Source: Candidatus Moranbacteria bacterium UBA1362 (GTDB lineage Bacteria; Patescibacteriota; Minisyncoccia; Moranbacterales; GWC2-37-73). From it: a DNA stretch of 64,000 nt. The notes below the pieces were generated by a model. That model was not told the origin of the DNA. It did not search any database and saw only the letters and a program-made list of their open reading frames with translations. Position numbers and translations under genes: made by a program. Where the stretch lies: positions 10,690 to 74,689 of the forward strand of contig DBRS01000014.1 of NCBI GenBank assembly GCA_002306085.1. Reading direction: 5' to 3'. Of the stretch, positions 1 to 8,762 are shown piece by piece (the stretch's first letter is position 1; each line of letters begins with the position of its first letter).

Positions 1-423
1 CTTTTCATGTCTGAGAGCAATGAGAAGATCGAGATCGCTCGCCGGTTTTGAATTTTTCATGGCAACCGCGCCTGTAACTGCAACCATCCTTACAAAAGGC
101 ACGAATCTGAGCCACTTTGCGACAGAAATGAGTTTTCTAAATTTTCTCAGCGAATTTTTGTTGCCGGCAATGCGCTTTTTGACCAAATACTTTTTTCCTC
201 TCAGAAAATAAAATCCGTTAAAATTATTCACGTACTGATTGAGCGATTTTTCCTCAAGACTGATAACAACATCCCTTAGTTTGAAGTTTGAAGAATGATT
301 GGGCGTGTCATAATAATCGCTCCTTATCATATGTTTCCATATTTCAAAAGCTGTGAGCGGATAATCAAAACAGTCATAATATATGATTGTTGCCAGAATA
401 TTTTTGGAAAGTTCGTGATTCAT
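1..423 (-). CDS. Hypothetical protein, putative minimal nucleotidyltransferase fold (partial; C-terminus lies beyond the window's left edge)
   Basis: Minus-strand ORF starting at ATG (revcomp of cat at 421-423) and open to position 1. Translation is MNHELSKNILATIIYYDCF...VTGAVAMKNSKPASDLDLLIALRHEK, with a G-x10-DLD pattern like NTase-fold proteins. It is not in the ORF track because it is open-ended. It abuts the AI-2E gene without overlap. Confidence 0.35.
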   Translation of the reverse strand, partial: MNHELSKNILATIIYYDCFDYPLTAFEIWKHMIRSDYYDTPNHSSNFKLRDVVISLEEKSLNQYVNNFNGFYFLRGKKYLVKKRIAGNKNSLRKFRKLISVAKWLRFVPFVRMVAVTGAVAMKNSKPASDLDLLIALRHEK

Positions 424-447
424 TTTTATGGCTCAGATTTAAAATAC

Positions 448-1482
448 TCAAATCTCTCTTTCTTCTTCGGTATTTTTATAAAACAAATCCGAAATAAGCA
501 CTCCGGCTGATGTGGCAAGTGGTATTGCCAGAATTGCCCCTAGCGTCCCTCCGAGTTTCGCTCCTATAAGCAACGCTAGAATAACAACAACCGGATTCAG
601 CCCTACGACCTTTTTCATAAGCTGCGGCGCAATGACATGACTTTCAAGTTGCTGAATGACAGTGAGAATTCCTAATATGATAAGTCCCGTAACGGGTGAA
701 ATAAAAAAACCGACAATCGAAGCCAGCGCCACGGATATAATTGGTCCAAGATACGGTACTATCTCCAAAAGCCCGGCAAACAGTGCAAGAATGAGAGCAT
801 ATGGCACTCTGAAAATTGAAAGTGCGATAAAATCAAGAGCAAATATTATAAGCATAAGAAGGAGTTGTCCTCCCAGCCATCTGCCTATTTTCTTTTTTAT
901 CCTGTTGGCAACGATTACGACGTGATCCTTGTGAGCTTTGGGGGTAAGCGAGACAAGAAAACTATTCATGCCATCTTCTTTGACGGACATATAAAAAGTC
1001 AGCGCAAAAATGACAAGCAGCGATATGAAGAAGGAAAACACGCTGGCGGTTGTTGAAAATACTTGTCCTGAAGATTGGAAGAAATTACTGATGGCATTTT
1101 GCAAAAATTCTCCACTTTGAAACTGGATACCATAAGAATTGGCATATCTTTCTATTCCCGTGAATGTATCGGCAAGCGCTCCGCTGTAAACCGGAAGCTT
1201 TTCAGCAAAATCTTTGAACTGGCTCACTAAAGGCGGAATGAGAAAAGAAATAAGGAGCACCACGAAAAGAACAATGGCAACATATATAATGAAGACACCG
1301 AAAGGTCGTGGTATTTTTCTCTTCGCCATCCAATCGATTGCGGGATCAAGAGTTGCAGTAAGAATTACAGAAAGAAGAAACAGAGCCACGATATCTCTCA
1401 CTAAATACAAAAACCACAGCCCCAACAGAACAAGTATCACACGTATGGCAACGTTTGTTGCTATGCTTATTTGCTTGTCCAT
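448..1482 (-). CDS. AI-2E family transporter (UPF0118/PerM-like membrane protein)
   Basis: 344-aa polytopic membrane protein. The N-terminal pattern LLGLWFLYLVRDIVALFLLSVILTATLDP and overall topology are typical of AI-2E/YhhT-type transporters. Confidence 0.7.
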   Translation of the reverse strand: MDKQISIATNVAIRVILVLLGLWFLYLVRDIVALFLLSVILTATLDPAIDWMAKRKIPRPFGVFIIYVAIVLFVVLLISFLIPPLVSQFKDFAEKLPVYSGALADTFTGIERYANSYGIQFQSGEFLQNAISNFFQSSGQVFSTTASVFSFFISLLVIFALTFYMSVKEDGMNSFLVSLTPKAHKDHVVIVANRIKKKIGRWLGGQLLLMLIIFALDFIALSIFRVPYALILALFAGLLEIVPYLGPIISVALASIVGFFISPVTGLIILGILTVIQQLESHVIAPQLMKKVVGLNPVVVILALLIGAKLGGTLGAILAIPLATSAGVLISDLFYKNTEEEREI

Positions 1483-1629
1483 CTAAATAAAATTACGAAT
1501 TACAATTATCAAACAAACTTTTTAATTAAATTTTACCGTTCTTTCTTTCTCCTTTTCTGAAAGGATAAAACGTGTTTTTTCTACTTGCCAACTTTACAAT
1601 TCGGGTTGCAAACTCAAGTCTATGTAAAA

Positions 1630-2904
1630 TCAAAGTCCGGATTTTAATATTTCATAAAGTTTTTTGTCATATCTGTGTGGGCCTATGACCGCGCAATTCA
1701 GTTTCTCCTTTTTGAAAATATCTTTTGCGACCCTCAAAATATCTTGCGAAGTCACAGCATCTATTTTATTCAAAGAATCTTGGATATTGTGAAGCTTCTC
1801 TCCGTTAAATTCCTGTTCTACAAAAAACATGGCAACTTCGTCGGAAGCTTCAAGATTCATCACGGCTCTTCCCTTCATGAAATCTTTGGCTTTTTGCAAT
1901 TCTTTTTCGCTCACTTTTTCACTTGCGATTTTTTTGTATTCGCCAAGAATCACTTTCAAAACATCCTCAAGTTTCCCATGATCAATTCCCGCGTATGTCG
2001 CAAAATATCCACAATCTTGATATGCATCGGCTCCGGCCTTGACGTGATATGCCAATCCTCTCCGCTCGCGCACTTCAGTGAACAAACGGCTACTCATATT
2101 TCCTCCAAGAATCACGCCGAGTGTCGCCAAGACGTAACGATCCTTATGATTGTGATGATAAGCGCGATTGCCAATGACCACATGCGTCTGATCCGTCTTT
2201 TTGAATTTGATCTTTATTGCAGGCTTGCTCTGCTTTTCAACAATTTTTTCAAACTGCAATCCTTTGCCTTTTTGCAGACTTCCAAAATATTTCTCCGTTT
2301 CCGAAATTATTTTTTTCTTGTCGAATTTTCCCGCAACACACACAATGGTTCTGTCCGCCGTGTAATGCTTTTTCATATAATCAACAAAATTCTTTCTTTG
2401 AAGACTCGCCACAGTTTTTTTGGATCCCACTATGTCTCTTCCAAGCGTATTCCCATCGTATATGAAATTTTCAAAAACATCCCAGATATTCCTTTGCGGA
2501 GTATCTTCATACATATTTATTTCCTGAATGATGGTTCCTCTTTCCTTTTCTATTTCTTTCGCCTCAAGCTTTGAATTCAGAACCATGTCAGAAATTATGT
2601 CAAAAGCGTCGTGAATGTGCCTTGAATCAACTTTCACATGATATTCGGTTCTGTCTTTTGCCGTAAAAGCGTTGTATTCTCCGCCAAAAGCATCCAGCTC
2701 TTCCGTAATTGAAAGCGACGTCGGCCTTTTTTTGGTGCCCTTGAAAAGCATGTGTTCGATGAAATGCGAAACCCCAGCTTCATCTCCTTTCTCATAGCGC
2801 GATCCCACACCGACCATCACGACCAAAGTCGCGGTCTCCGTCCCCTGCATGGGCACAGTAATCAGCCTCACCCCGTTTTTTAATGTCATTTTCTCAAATT
2901 TCAT
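1630..2904 (-). CDS. M16 family zinc metallopeptidase (insulinase/PqqL-like)
   Basis: 424 aa. The inverted zinc-binding motif HFIEHMLFKGT (HxxEH) lies near the N-terminus, with an M16 two-domain length. Confidence 0.8.
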   Translation of the reverse strand: MKFEKMTLKNGVRLITVPMQGTETATLVVMVGVGSRYEKGDEAGVSHFIEHMLFKGTKKRPTSLSITEELDAFGGEYNAFTAKDRTEYHVKVDSRHIHDAFDIISDMVLNSKLEAKEIEKERGTIIQEINMYEDTPQRNIWDVFENFIYDGNTLGRDIVGSKKTVASLQRKNFVDYMKKHYTADRTIVCVAGKFDKKKIISETEKYFGSLQKGKGLQFEKIVEKQSKPAIKIKFKKTDQTHVVIGNRAYHHNHKDRYVLATLGVILGGNMSSRLFTEVRERRGLAYHVKAGADAYQDCGYFATYAGIDHGKLEDVLKVILGEYKKIASEKVSEKELQKAKDFMKGRAVMNLEASDEVAMFFVEQEFNGEKLHNIQDSLNKIDAVTSQDILRVAKDIFKKEKLNCAVIGPHRYDKKLYEILKSGL

Positions 2905-2911
2905 ATCATTT

Positions 2912-3862
2912 TTATTTATTTTTTACTCTGCTTATTCTTATAAGTCCGGAGCAAGGCACTATTTCCACCCCTCTTTTTTCCAGTTCGTCCAAAAACAAGT
3001 TCATCCCCAAAGAATCCGATGAAATGTGCCCCGCGATTACCACATTCAGATGGGCTTTTTCCGCCTCTTTCCTGCCTTCCTCTCCCATATGCATACCTAT
3101 TATCGTACCTACTCCGGCCTGAGATAATTTTTCAAAAAGTTTCGGGCTTCCCGAGGTTCCTCCGGTTATCTCGGTAAGCGCAATCTTTCCGGCCCTGTTG
3201 TCCTCCGCTCCGGAAAATATCATGGGGCCAAATCCTTTTTTTGCGGCTTCTCTGTATTCTGGTATTTCCAAAAGCAGCTTAATAATATCTCCCACATATT
3301 CAGGTTTGTTTTTCTCCACCTTGTTTTTGATGAACTTAGCAACCATATTGTCCGCAGGAGTGTGCACGTTGATCAAATCTACATTCATCAATTTTGCGGC
3401 ATCCACTGTTTTGTAATGATTCTCAGCATTTATTCCCCGGCTCACTTCGCTGATTCTGACTTTCATAAGGCTTTCCGCAACATTTATAGGCACCCCATGC
3501 TGCTCCAGCACATCGGCCTGCATGTGCATCACATCATCAAGACCAGAAAGACCCATTCCGATTGGATGATGTGCGATAACAGTTTCTATATCCAATTCCT
3601 CCGCCAGCATGATTTCGGCGGTATCGATATCGATCCCGGCCATCAATTTTTTGACGCTTCTCCTTTCGCTATCGAAATGAATTCTTGTGTCAGAATACGG
3701 ATTGACAAAGCGCTCGACGTCGAAAGATTCTTTTCGGTCTTTCGGCAATTTTTCGTATCTCTCTTTTTGTCTTTTCAGATAGTCAGTAATTCTTTTTTTG
3801 CTGCGAAAATCATTTTTGATTCCGAGATTTATTGCAAGTCTGTATATTTCTTTGATATTCAT
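2912..3862 (-). CDS. Nif3-like dinuclear metal center protein
   Basis: 316 aa. It has the VIAHHPIG motif and a C-terminal NVVIAGHISSDSLG region, both typical of the NIF3/YqfO family. Confidence 0.6.
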   Translation of the reverse strand: MNIKEIYRLAINLGIKNDFRSKKRITDYLKRQKERYEKLPKDRKESFDVERFVNPYSDTRIHFDSERRSVKKLMAGIDIDTAEIMLAEELDIETVIAHHPIGMGLSGLDDVMHMQADVLEQHGVPINVAESLMKVRISEVSRGINAENHYKTVDAAKLMNVDLINVHTPADNMVAKFIKNKVEKNKPEYVGDIIKLLLEIPEYREAAKKGFGPMIFSGAEDNRAGKIALTEITGGTSGSPKLFEKLSQAGVGTIIGMHMGEEGRKEAEKAHLNVVIAGHISSDSLGMNLFLDELEKRGVEIVPCSGLIRISRVKNK

Positions 3863-3879
3863 TGCGTCTTATAAATTAA

Positions 3880-5187
3880 TTATTGTTGAATTTTTCTGAT
3901 AAGCGAAAGCGGTTCAATTCCTTTTCTATCTATCACAATATAGTAAAAACTATCGTGTCCGCCATGAGCGGATTCAACTTCTTTTCTGTCTTCATTATAT
4001 ATCCCCACGATTTTTATTGGAATATTCCTATTTTTTGCTATCACTTCCAGTTTGTCATCTTTTCTGAGCGCATTGTGAACTTTCACTTTCAATTCTTTTC
4101 CGTCCAATTCGACAACTTCTCCCACAAATTGATATTCATCATTCGACTGCTGCCCTGATAAATTTTGACCGGCTTCATTTCCAAATAAAAATCCTTTCGT
4201 ATACCCTCGATTCGCAAGTTTGTTCAGCTCTTCTCGCCCCCGATTCACGGCATTCTTTACCTCCGCAGAGTTTTTTTTCGATTCGATCACATCAATAACT
4301 TTCCTGTAGGCACGCGTCACGCAAGCGACATAATATGAGCTTTTGCTGCGTCCTTCTATTTTGAAGGATGTAACTCCCGCGTTTTTGAGCTCCTCAAGAT
4401 GTTCGATTAAATTCAAATCTTTACTGTTAAAAAAATATGTTCCGTGTGAATCTTCCTCGAGCTCGACAATTTCTCCGCTTTTCTTTTCAATCACCTTCGC
4501 GTATGCCCATCGGCATGGCTGGGTACAATCCCCTTCATTTGCACTCTTTCCACTCATCCATTTGCTCAAAATGCAGCGTCCGGAATAACTCATGCACATC
4601 GCCCCATGCACAAAATACTCAAGTTCCAGTTTTGGCACTTTTTTGCGGATAATTTTAATGTCTTCAAGTGTCACTTCTCTTGCAAGGATAATTCTTTTCA
4701 CTCCAACTTTATGCCAAAACTTGGCAGCCATCCAGTTTGTCGTGTTAGCCTGCGTGCTGAGATGAATGTCAATTCCTAGTAGGATTTTTTTCACAAGTCC
4801 TATTATACCGGGATCGCTCACGATGACAGCATCCGCTTTTAGTTTTTTTATAAACCTAAGATGTTTTTCGATTTGCGGAAGATGGTAGTTATGAGCATAA
4901 ATATTCACCGCTACATAAAATTTTTTTCCATGCGCATGAATATATTTGGAAGCCTCAAGCAGCGATTCCTCCGAAAAAGAATTTACGCGTGCACGCATCG
5001 AAACACTAGGGATTCCGGCATAAACGGCGTCCGCACCATATTCAATGGCATATTTGAGCTTTTCGATGCTTCCCGCAGGCGCAAGCAATTCTATTTTTTT
5101 ACCAAACTGATTTTTCGATCTGTTGGTCGAGTTTTTGGCAAAATCACGCGCAAGAAGCTCCTTTTTTGGGTTTTTTTCAGCATTCAT
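3880..5187 (-). CDS. Peptidase U32 family protein (collagenase-like)
   Basis: 435 aa. It carries the characteristic ELLAPAGS start of the U32 catalytic domain and a conserved E...C region (HGAMCMSYSGRC). Confidence 0.8.
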   Translation of the reverse strand: MNAEKNPKKELLARDFAKNSTNRSKNQFGKKIELLAPAGSIEKLKYAIEYGADAVYAGIPSVSMRARVNSFSEESLLEASKYIHAHGKKFYVAVNIYAHNYHLPQIEKHLRFIKKLKADAVIVSDPGIIGLVKKILLGIDIHLSTQANTTNWMAAKFWHKVGVKRIILAREVTLEDIKIIRKKVPKLELEYFVHGAMCMSYSGRCILSKWMSGKSANEGDCTQPCRWAYAKVIEKKSGEIVELEEDSHGTYFFNSKDLNLIEHLEELKNAGVTSFKIEGRSKSSYYVACVTRAYRKVIDVIESKKNSAEVKNAVNRGREELNKLANRGYTKGFLFGNEAGQNLSGQQSNDEYQFVGEVVELDGKELKVKVHNALRKDDKLEVIAKNRNIPIKIVGIYNEDRKEVESAHGGHDSFYYIVIDRKGIEPLSLIRKIQQ

Positions 5188-5277
5188 AGGTTTATACTAC
5201 AATTTAACTCTCTTTTGTGTTTAAGTCAAAAAAGCGCCCTGAAAAGCGCTTTTTTATCCAGAGAGATTGAGCATTTG

Positions 5278-5694
5278 TTAAACAATTTTTTTTCCGGTTC
5301 CCGATTCTTTTTCAGAAAAAAATTGTTTGATTTTTGCCACAAGCTCGGCTGGAGTATGTTGAGACTTCACAAAATATCCGTTGGCGCCCAACGCAAATGC
5401 TTGCTGCTTGTCTTCCTCATTGTTAAGATTGGTGAAAACAATGATAGGAATGTTCTTGAGACTTTCATTCTTTTTTATCTTTTCAAGCGTTTCCAATCCA
5501 TCGAGTGCCGGCATAACGATATCCAAAAGAACCATATCTATTTCCTTCCCTCTTCTTTCTAGCCATTCTATTGCCTCATTTCCATTTATCGCCTGTAAAA
5601 CCTCAAATCCCTGACCTGAGAGAGCCTGCGTATACATTTCGCGAAGATCTTCCTCGTCCTCCGCGATTAAAACTGTTCTTTTTTTGTTTTCCAT
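5278..5694 (-). CDS. Response regulator, stand-alone receiver (CheY-like) domain
   Basis: 138 aa. It begins VLIAEDEEDLREMY and contains LLDIVMPALDGLETLEKIK, giving the acidic pocket, phospho-acceptor Asp and conserved Lys of REC domains. Confidence 0.8.
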   Translation of the reverse strand: MENKKRTVLIAEDEEDLREMYTQALSGQGFEVLQAINGNEAIEWLERRGKEIDMVLLDIVMPALDGLETLEKIKKNESLKNIPIIVFTNLNNEEDKQQAFALGANGYFVKSQHTPAELVAKIKQFFSEKESGTGKKIV

Positions 5695-5801
5695 ATTATT
5701 TTGAGCAAATAATCTGATTAATATGAAATAATTATAGCATAATATTTAAATTTGTTCCATTAAATGCTTGATTTAGTTTGCTTTGCTGATAGACTAAAGA
5801 T

Positions 5802-6248
5802 ATGAATGTGCTGGCTACCAACAAAAGGGCGAGTTTTGATTATGAGCTTCTTGATCGTTATGAGGCTGGTTTAATGCTGACAGGAGCAGAAGTAAAATCG
5901 GCTAAAATGGGGCACATGAGCCTCAAGGGAAGCTTTGTTACAATGCATGGCGGAGAGTTGTACTTAACAAATGCCAGTATTTCTCCCTATAAATTCGCCG
6001 GAAGCTCCGAAAAATACGATCCAACCAGATCACGAAAACTGCTTGTTCACAAGTCCGAGATAAATTCTTTGGCGGGAAAAATGCACATAAAAGGCTTGAC
6101 ATTGGTGCCAGTTCGTGTGTATACTAAAAGACGACTTATCAAATTGGAATTCGCCATAGGACGTGGTAAAAAGGCTTTTGACAAGCGCCAAGATATTGCA
6201 AAAAAGGAAGCAAAACGCTACATAGACCGAAAACTCAGGAATGCCTGA
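5802..6248 (+). CDS. smpB: SsrA-binding protein SmpB
   Basis: 148 aa with strong similarity to SmpB (ASFDYELLDRYEAG...KLLVHKSEINSLAGK...GLTLVP). It lies immediately upstream of the tmRNA gene and ends with a TGA stop. Confidence 0.9.
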   Translation: MNVLATNKRASFDYELLDRYEAGLMLTGAEVKSAKMGHMSLKGSFVTMHGGELYLTNASISPYKFAGSSEKYDPTRSRKLLVHKSEINSLAGKMHIKGLTLVPVRVYTKRRLIKLEFAIGRGKKAFDKRQDIAKKEAKRYIDRKLRNA

Positions 6249-6287
6249 AATTTAAGTTTTGGAATTCAAAATTTGAAATTAAAAATT

Positions 6288-6323
6288 CCAGCTAAAAATT
6301 CAAAATTTTGAATTTTTAGCTGG
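6288..6323. repeat. Perfect 36-bp palindrome between smpB and tmRNA
   Basis: ccagctaaaaattcaaaa|ttttgaatttttagctgg is exactly self-complementary. Its last two bases overlap the GGGG start of tmRNA. It probably acts as the smpB terminator or as a processing or promoter element. Confidence 0.7.
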
Positions 6324-6728
6324 GGTTGTTTAGTTTCGACAGGTTGTACTTTTCAAAATATGCAAGCCGACCATTGCCGTAATGTCGCCAAACTTTCGGC
6401 AAAGATATAAGTGCAAACTTCATATCAAAAGCAAAAGCGGTTTTCGCAAGAGGATTTGCTTTTGCTCCAGCTTTAGCTTAATTTAACAGCTTTAGCCATC
6501 GGACTGCCGATTTCTCATAAGCAATCTCCGGTGTCAATCATGAGGATAGTTTGATGCGGTTTTCCGGCTGCATCAAGTGAAATTCTTCCGGAAACTGCGC
6601 ATGTCGGGTTTTGTTTATTTCATACCGCATGCGCCGATCTCCGATTTTTTCGGAGGGAAATAAAACAAGCTTGTAGAATATTTTGGATTGTCAATTTTGG
6701 ACATGGGTGCGATTCCCATCAACTCCAC
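6322..6728 (+). ncRNA. ssrA: Transfer-messenger RNA (tmRNA, ssrA)
   Basis: The 5' end GGGGTTGTTTAGTTTCGACAGG matches the tmRNA 5' consensus (GGGGnuG...UUCGAC.GG). The 3' end GGACATGGGTGCGATTCCCATCAACTCCAC matches the tRNA-like T-arm and acceptor. The acceptor stem GGGGUUG/CAACUCC contains the G3:U70 alanine identity pair. An internal tag reading frame (...GCA AAA GCG GTT TTC GCA AGA GGA TTT GCT TTT GCT CCA GCT TTA GCT TAA) ends with ...PALA-stop about 110 nt from the 5' end. CCA is not encoded. It sits directly downstream of smpB. Confidence 0.85.
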
Positions 6729-6883
6729 TGAAAAAATTTTAAATACTAAAGCAACCTGACTACATTCCTTAGGAAAACTAGTCATGGTTCACTAAAGCCA
6801 TAAGAAAGAGATTTCGTTTCAAACCAAAACAACCAACCGGTCCGGCGCCACTAAGAACAAATGAAGCGATCCGGACTCCCTAT

Positions 6884-7348
6884 GTGCTTGTCATTGATGA
6901 ACAAGGAAAACAACTTGGAAAGATGCCGATACAGGAAGCGCTTGCTACCGCGCGGGAACACATGCTTGATCTGGTAGAAGTTTCCCCAAAAGCAATTCCT
7001 CCCGTATGCCGCATCATGGGCTATGGAAAGTATCTCTATCAGCAATCCAAGCAGATGAGGCTGGCAAAAGCCAAGCAAAAAAAGATTGAAATGAAAGGAA
7101 TAAGACTGGGGCTCAGAACCGACACGCACGATCTCGATTTCAAAAGATCGCAGGCTGAAAAATTTCTGAAACAAGGAGATAAGGTCAAAATAGACATAAT
7201 GCTGAGAGGAAGAGAAAAAGCACACCAGGATCTGGCAAGAACAAATTTGCAGAATTTTATTTCATCGATATCCGTTCCATACAAAATAGAAGAGCCTATA
7301 AAAAGATTTCCTGGAGGATTTAATGTGATAATCGTACCAATTTCCTAG
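6884..7348 (+). CDS. infC: Translation initiation factor IF-3
   Basis: This is clear IF-3 (LVIDEQGKQLGKM...PPVCRIMGYGKYLYQQSK...DIMLRGRE). The listed ORF starts at GTG 6884, but the frame is open back to 6782. The upstream in-frame translation ...RFRFKPKQPTGPAPLRTNEAIRTPY aligns with the IF-3 N-terminal extension. The true start is therefore probably the non-canonical ATA at 6800, matching the classic AUU/AUA autoregulated infC start. Confidence 0.85.
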   Translation: MLVIDEQGKQLGKMPIQEALATAREHMLDLVEVSPKAIPPVCRIMGYGKYLYQQSKQMRLAKAKQKKIEMKGIRLGLRTDTHDLDFKRSQAEKFLKQGDKVKIDIMLRGREKAHQDLARTNLQNFISSISVPYKIEEPIKRFPGGFNVIIVPIS

Positions 7349-7457
7349 GAATAATAATTTTTAATTTTAAATTTGAATCAATTTCTAATTTTTAATGATT
7401 AAATTTTGAAACATTTAAAATTCAATCAAAATTTGAAATTCATAATTCAACAAAAAG

Positions 7458-7664
7458 ATGCCTAAGATGAAAACACCGAAGTCCGTTGCAAAAAAAGTAA
7501 AGATAACGAAAAACAAGAAAGCTATAAGAAGAGGCACCGGACAAAATCATTATAATTCCAAAGAAAGCGGAAAAGTAGGCAGAGAGAAGAAGAAAGACCA
7601 GAGACTTTTCAGAGCCGACGAAAAGAACGTTATTGATGCGCTACCGTATGTGATCGGAAAATAA
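7458..7664 (+). CDS. rpmI: 50S ribosomal protein L35
   Basis: 68 aa, starting MPKMKTPKSVAKKVKITKNKKA and ending ALPYV, like L35. It sits in the infC-rpmI-rplT arrangement. Confidence 0.85.
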   Translation: MPKMKTPKSVAKKVKITKNKKAIRRGTGQNHYNSKESGKVGREKKKDQRLFRADEKNVIDALPYVIGK

Positions 7665-7762
7665 GCACATAAATCACTAATCTACACGAATCGCGTCCCG
7701 AATTTTCCCGAATGCATTAGATTATTCGCGAATAAATCAGAGTCGATTCGAAAACTATCAAT

Positions 7763-8107
7763 ATGACACGAGTAAAACGAGGCGTAGTCGCTTCAAAAAG
7801 AAGAAAAAACACCCTGAAAATGGCAAAGGGATATCGCTGGCACCGCAGCAAAAATTATAAAGCAGCCAAGGAAGCAATCCTCAAGGCTGGAAAATACGCC
7901 CACAGGGACAGAAGAGCCAAGAAACGCACAAACCGCTCTCTTTGGATTTTGCGGCTGAATAATGCACTGCGCACGCTTGATCTCACCTATAGTAAGTTTG
8001 TAGCCTTGCTCAGAACAAAGAGCATTGAAATCGACCGCAAGGTACTTTCGCAAATGGCCGTGGAAAATCCGGCAGTATTTCAGAAATTAGTCGAGAAAGT
8101 AAAATAA
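7763..8107 (+). CDS. rplT: 50S ribosomal protein L20
   Basis: 114 aa, MTRVKRGVVASKRRKNTLKMAKGYRWHRSKNYKAAKEA..., a canonical L20. Confidence 0.9.
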   Translation: MTRVKRGVVASKRRKNTLKMAKGYRWHRSKNYKAAKEAILKAGKYAHRDRRAKKRTNRSLWILRLNNALRTLDLTYSKFVALLRTKSIEIDRKVLSQMAVENPAVFQKLVEKVK

Positions 8108-8127
8108 ATCCGCTTCCGATCCGAATT

Positions 8128-8158
8128 TTAAAACCCGTTTTGACGGGTTTTAAAATTT
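8128..8158 (+). terminator. Rho-independent terminator after rplT
   Basis: Hairpin aaaacccg-ttttga-cgggtttt followed by aaaattt. A second hairpin at ~8222-8245 (aaccggaatgaaatttccggtc) is followed on the minus strand by a T-run and serves the convergent gene 8281..8721. Confidence 0.6.
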
Positions 8159-8280
8159 GCGAAGAATCTTATGCTGCAAATTTATGCGATCACATGATTT
8201 TGCAGCTCATGCAAAATAACTAAAACCGGAATGAAATTTCCGGTCTTATAACAACAAGAATTTATAATAATATTAAACAT

Positions 8281-8721
8281 TCACAACACAATAAACTCAA
8301 TATTTTCATTTCCGTCGACTAATCTCGCATAAACCAAAACAACTTCTCTGTCCGGATATTTCGCCAAAATCTTTTCTTTCGCTTTTTTCAATTCTTTTTC
8401 GTGAAATCTTTGTTCTGCATCACCATCTTCTTTAAATTGCCTGCTGCCTCCATATGCTCCGCAATCCTGATGGTTCACAATAACTATTTTTTTGGCATGA
8501 TGTAAATTCACCGGAACGTCAATACAGGACATTGCCAGGTCATTCCCATCGCTTTCATTAATCGCCTTCGCGCTTCCCGGCAGTGACGGAAAATCAAATG
8601 AATTCAAACTTAATTCCTTTTGAACAAATTCAAACGTTTCTCGCCAAAAACGAAAATCGATGCAACAAAGAACGACAGCTTCGCATGAATGTATATCTTT
8701 AAATTTAAAGGGAATTTTCAT
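8281..8721 (-). CDS. Hypothetical protein, beta-carbonic-anhydrase-like Cys/His motifs
   Basis: 146 aa. It has CCIDFRFW and IVIVNHQDCGAYGG, which resemble the CxDxR and HxxCG zinc-ligand motifs of beta-class carbonic anhydrases. It is much shorter than typical beta-CAs, so the call is tentative. Confidence 0.3.
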   Translation of the reverse strand: MKIPFKFKDIHSCEAVVLCCIDFRFWRETFEFVQKELSLNSFDFPSLPGSAKAINESDGNDLAMSCIDVPVNLHHAKKIVIVNHQDCGAYGGSRQFKEDGDAEQRFHEKELKKAKEKILAKYPDREVVLVYARLVDGNENIEFIVL

Positions 8722-8762
8722 ATGTAAATTCGTAATGAATTATGAATTCGTAGTTTGCGAGA

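Noticed and set aside
1675-2574. 299-aa plus-strand ORF antisense to the M16 peptidase gene. Other long antisense ORFs follow the same pattern: 4861..5562, 11650..12327, 15449..16186, 35620..36270, 42761..43507 and 44783..45328.
   Set aside because: Each lies entirely inside a well-supported gene on the other strand. None has an RBS or domain signature. The protein sequences are low-complexity and rich in F, L and S, which is typical of antisense reading of AT-rich genes.
6249-6321. Possible CRISPR repeat or other array in the AT-rich palindromic spacer
   Set aside because: It is a single 36-bp palindrome, not a series of spaced direct repeats. No repeat-spacer periodicity was found anywhere in the window.
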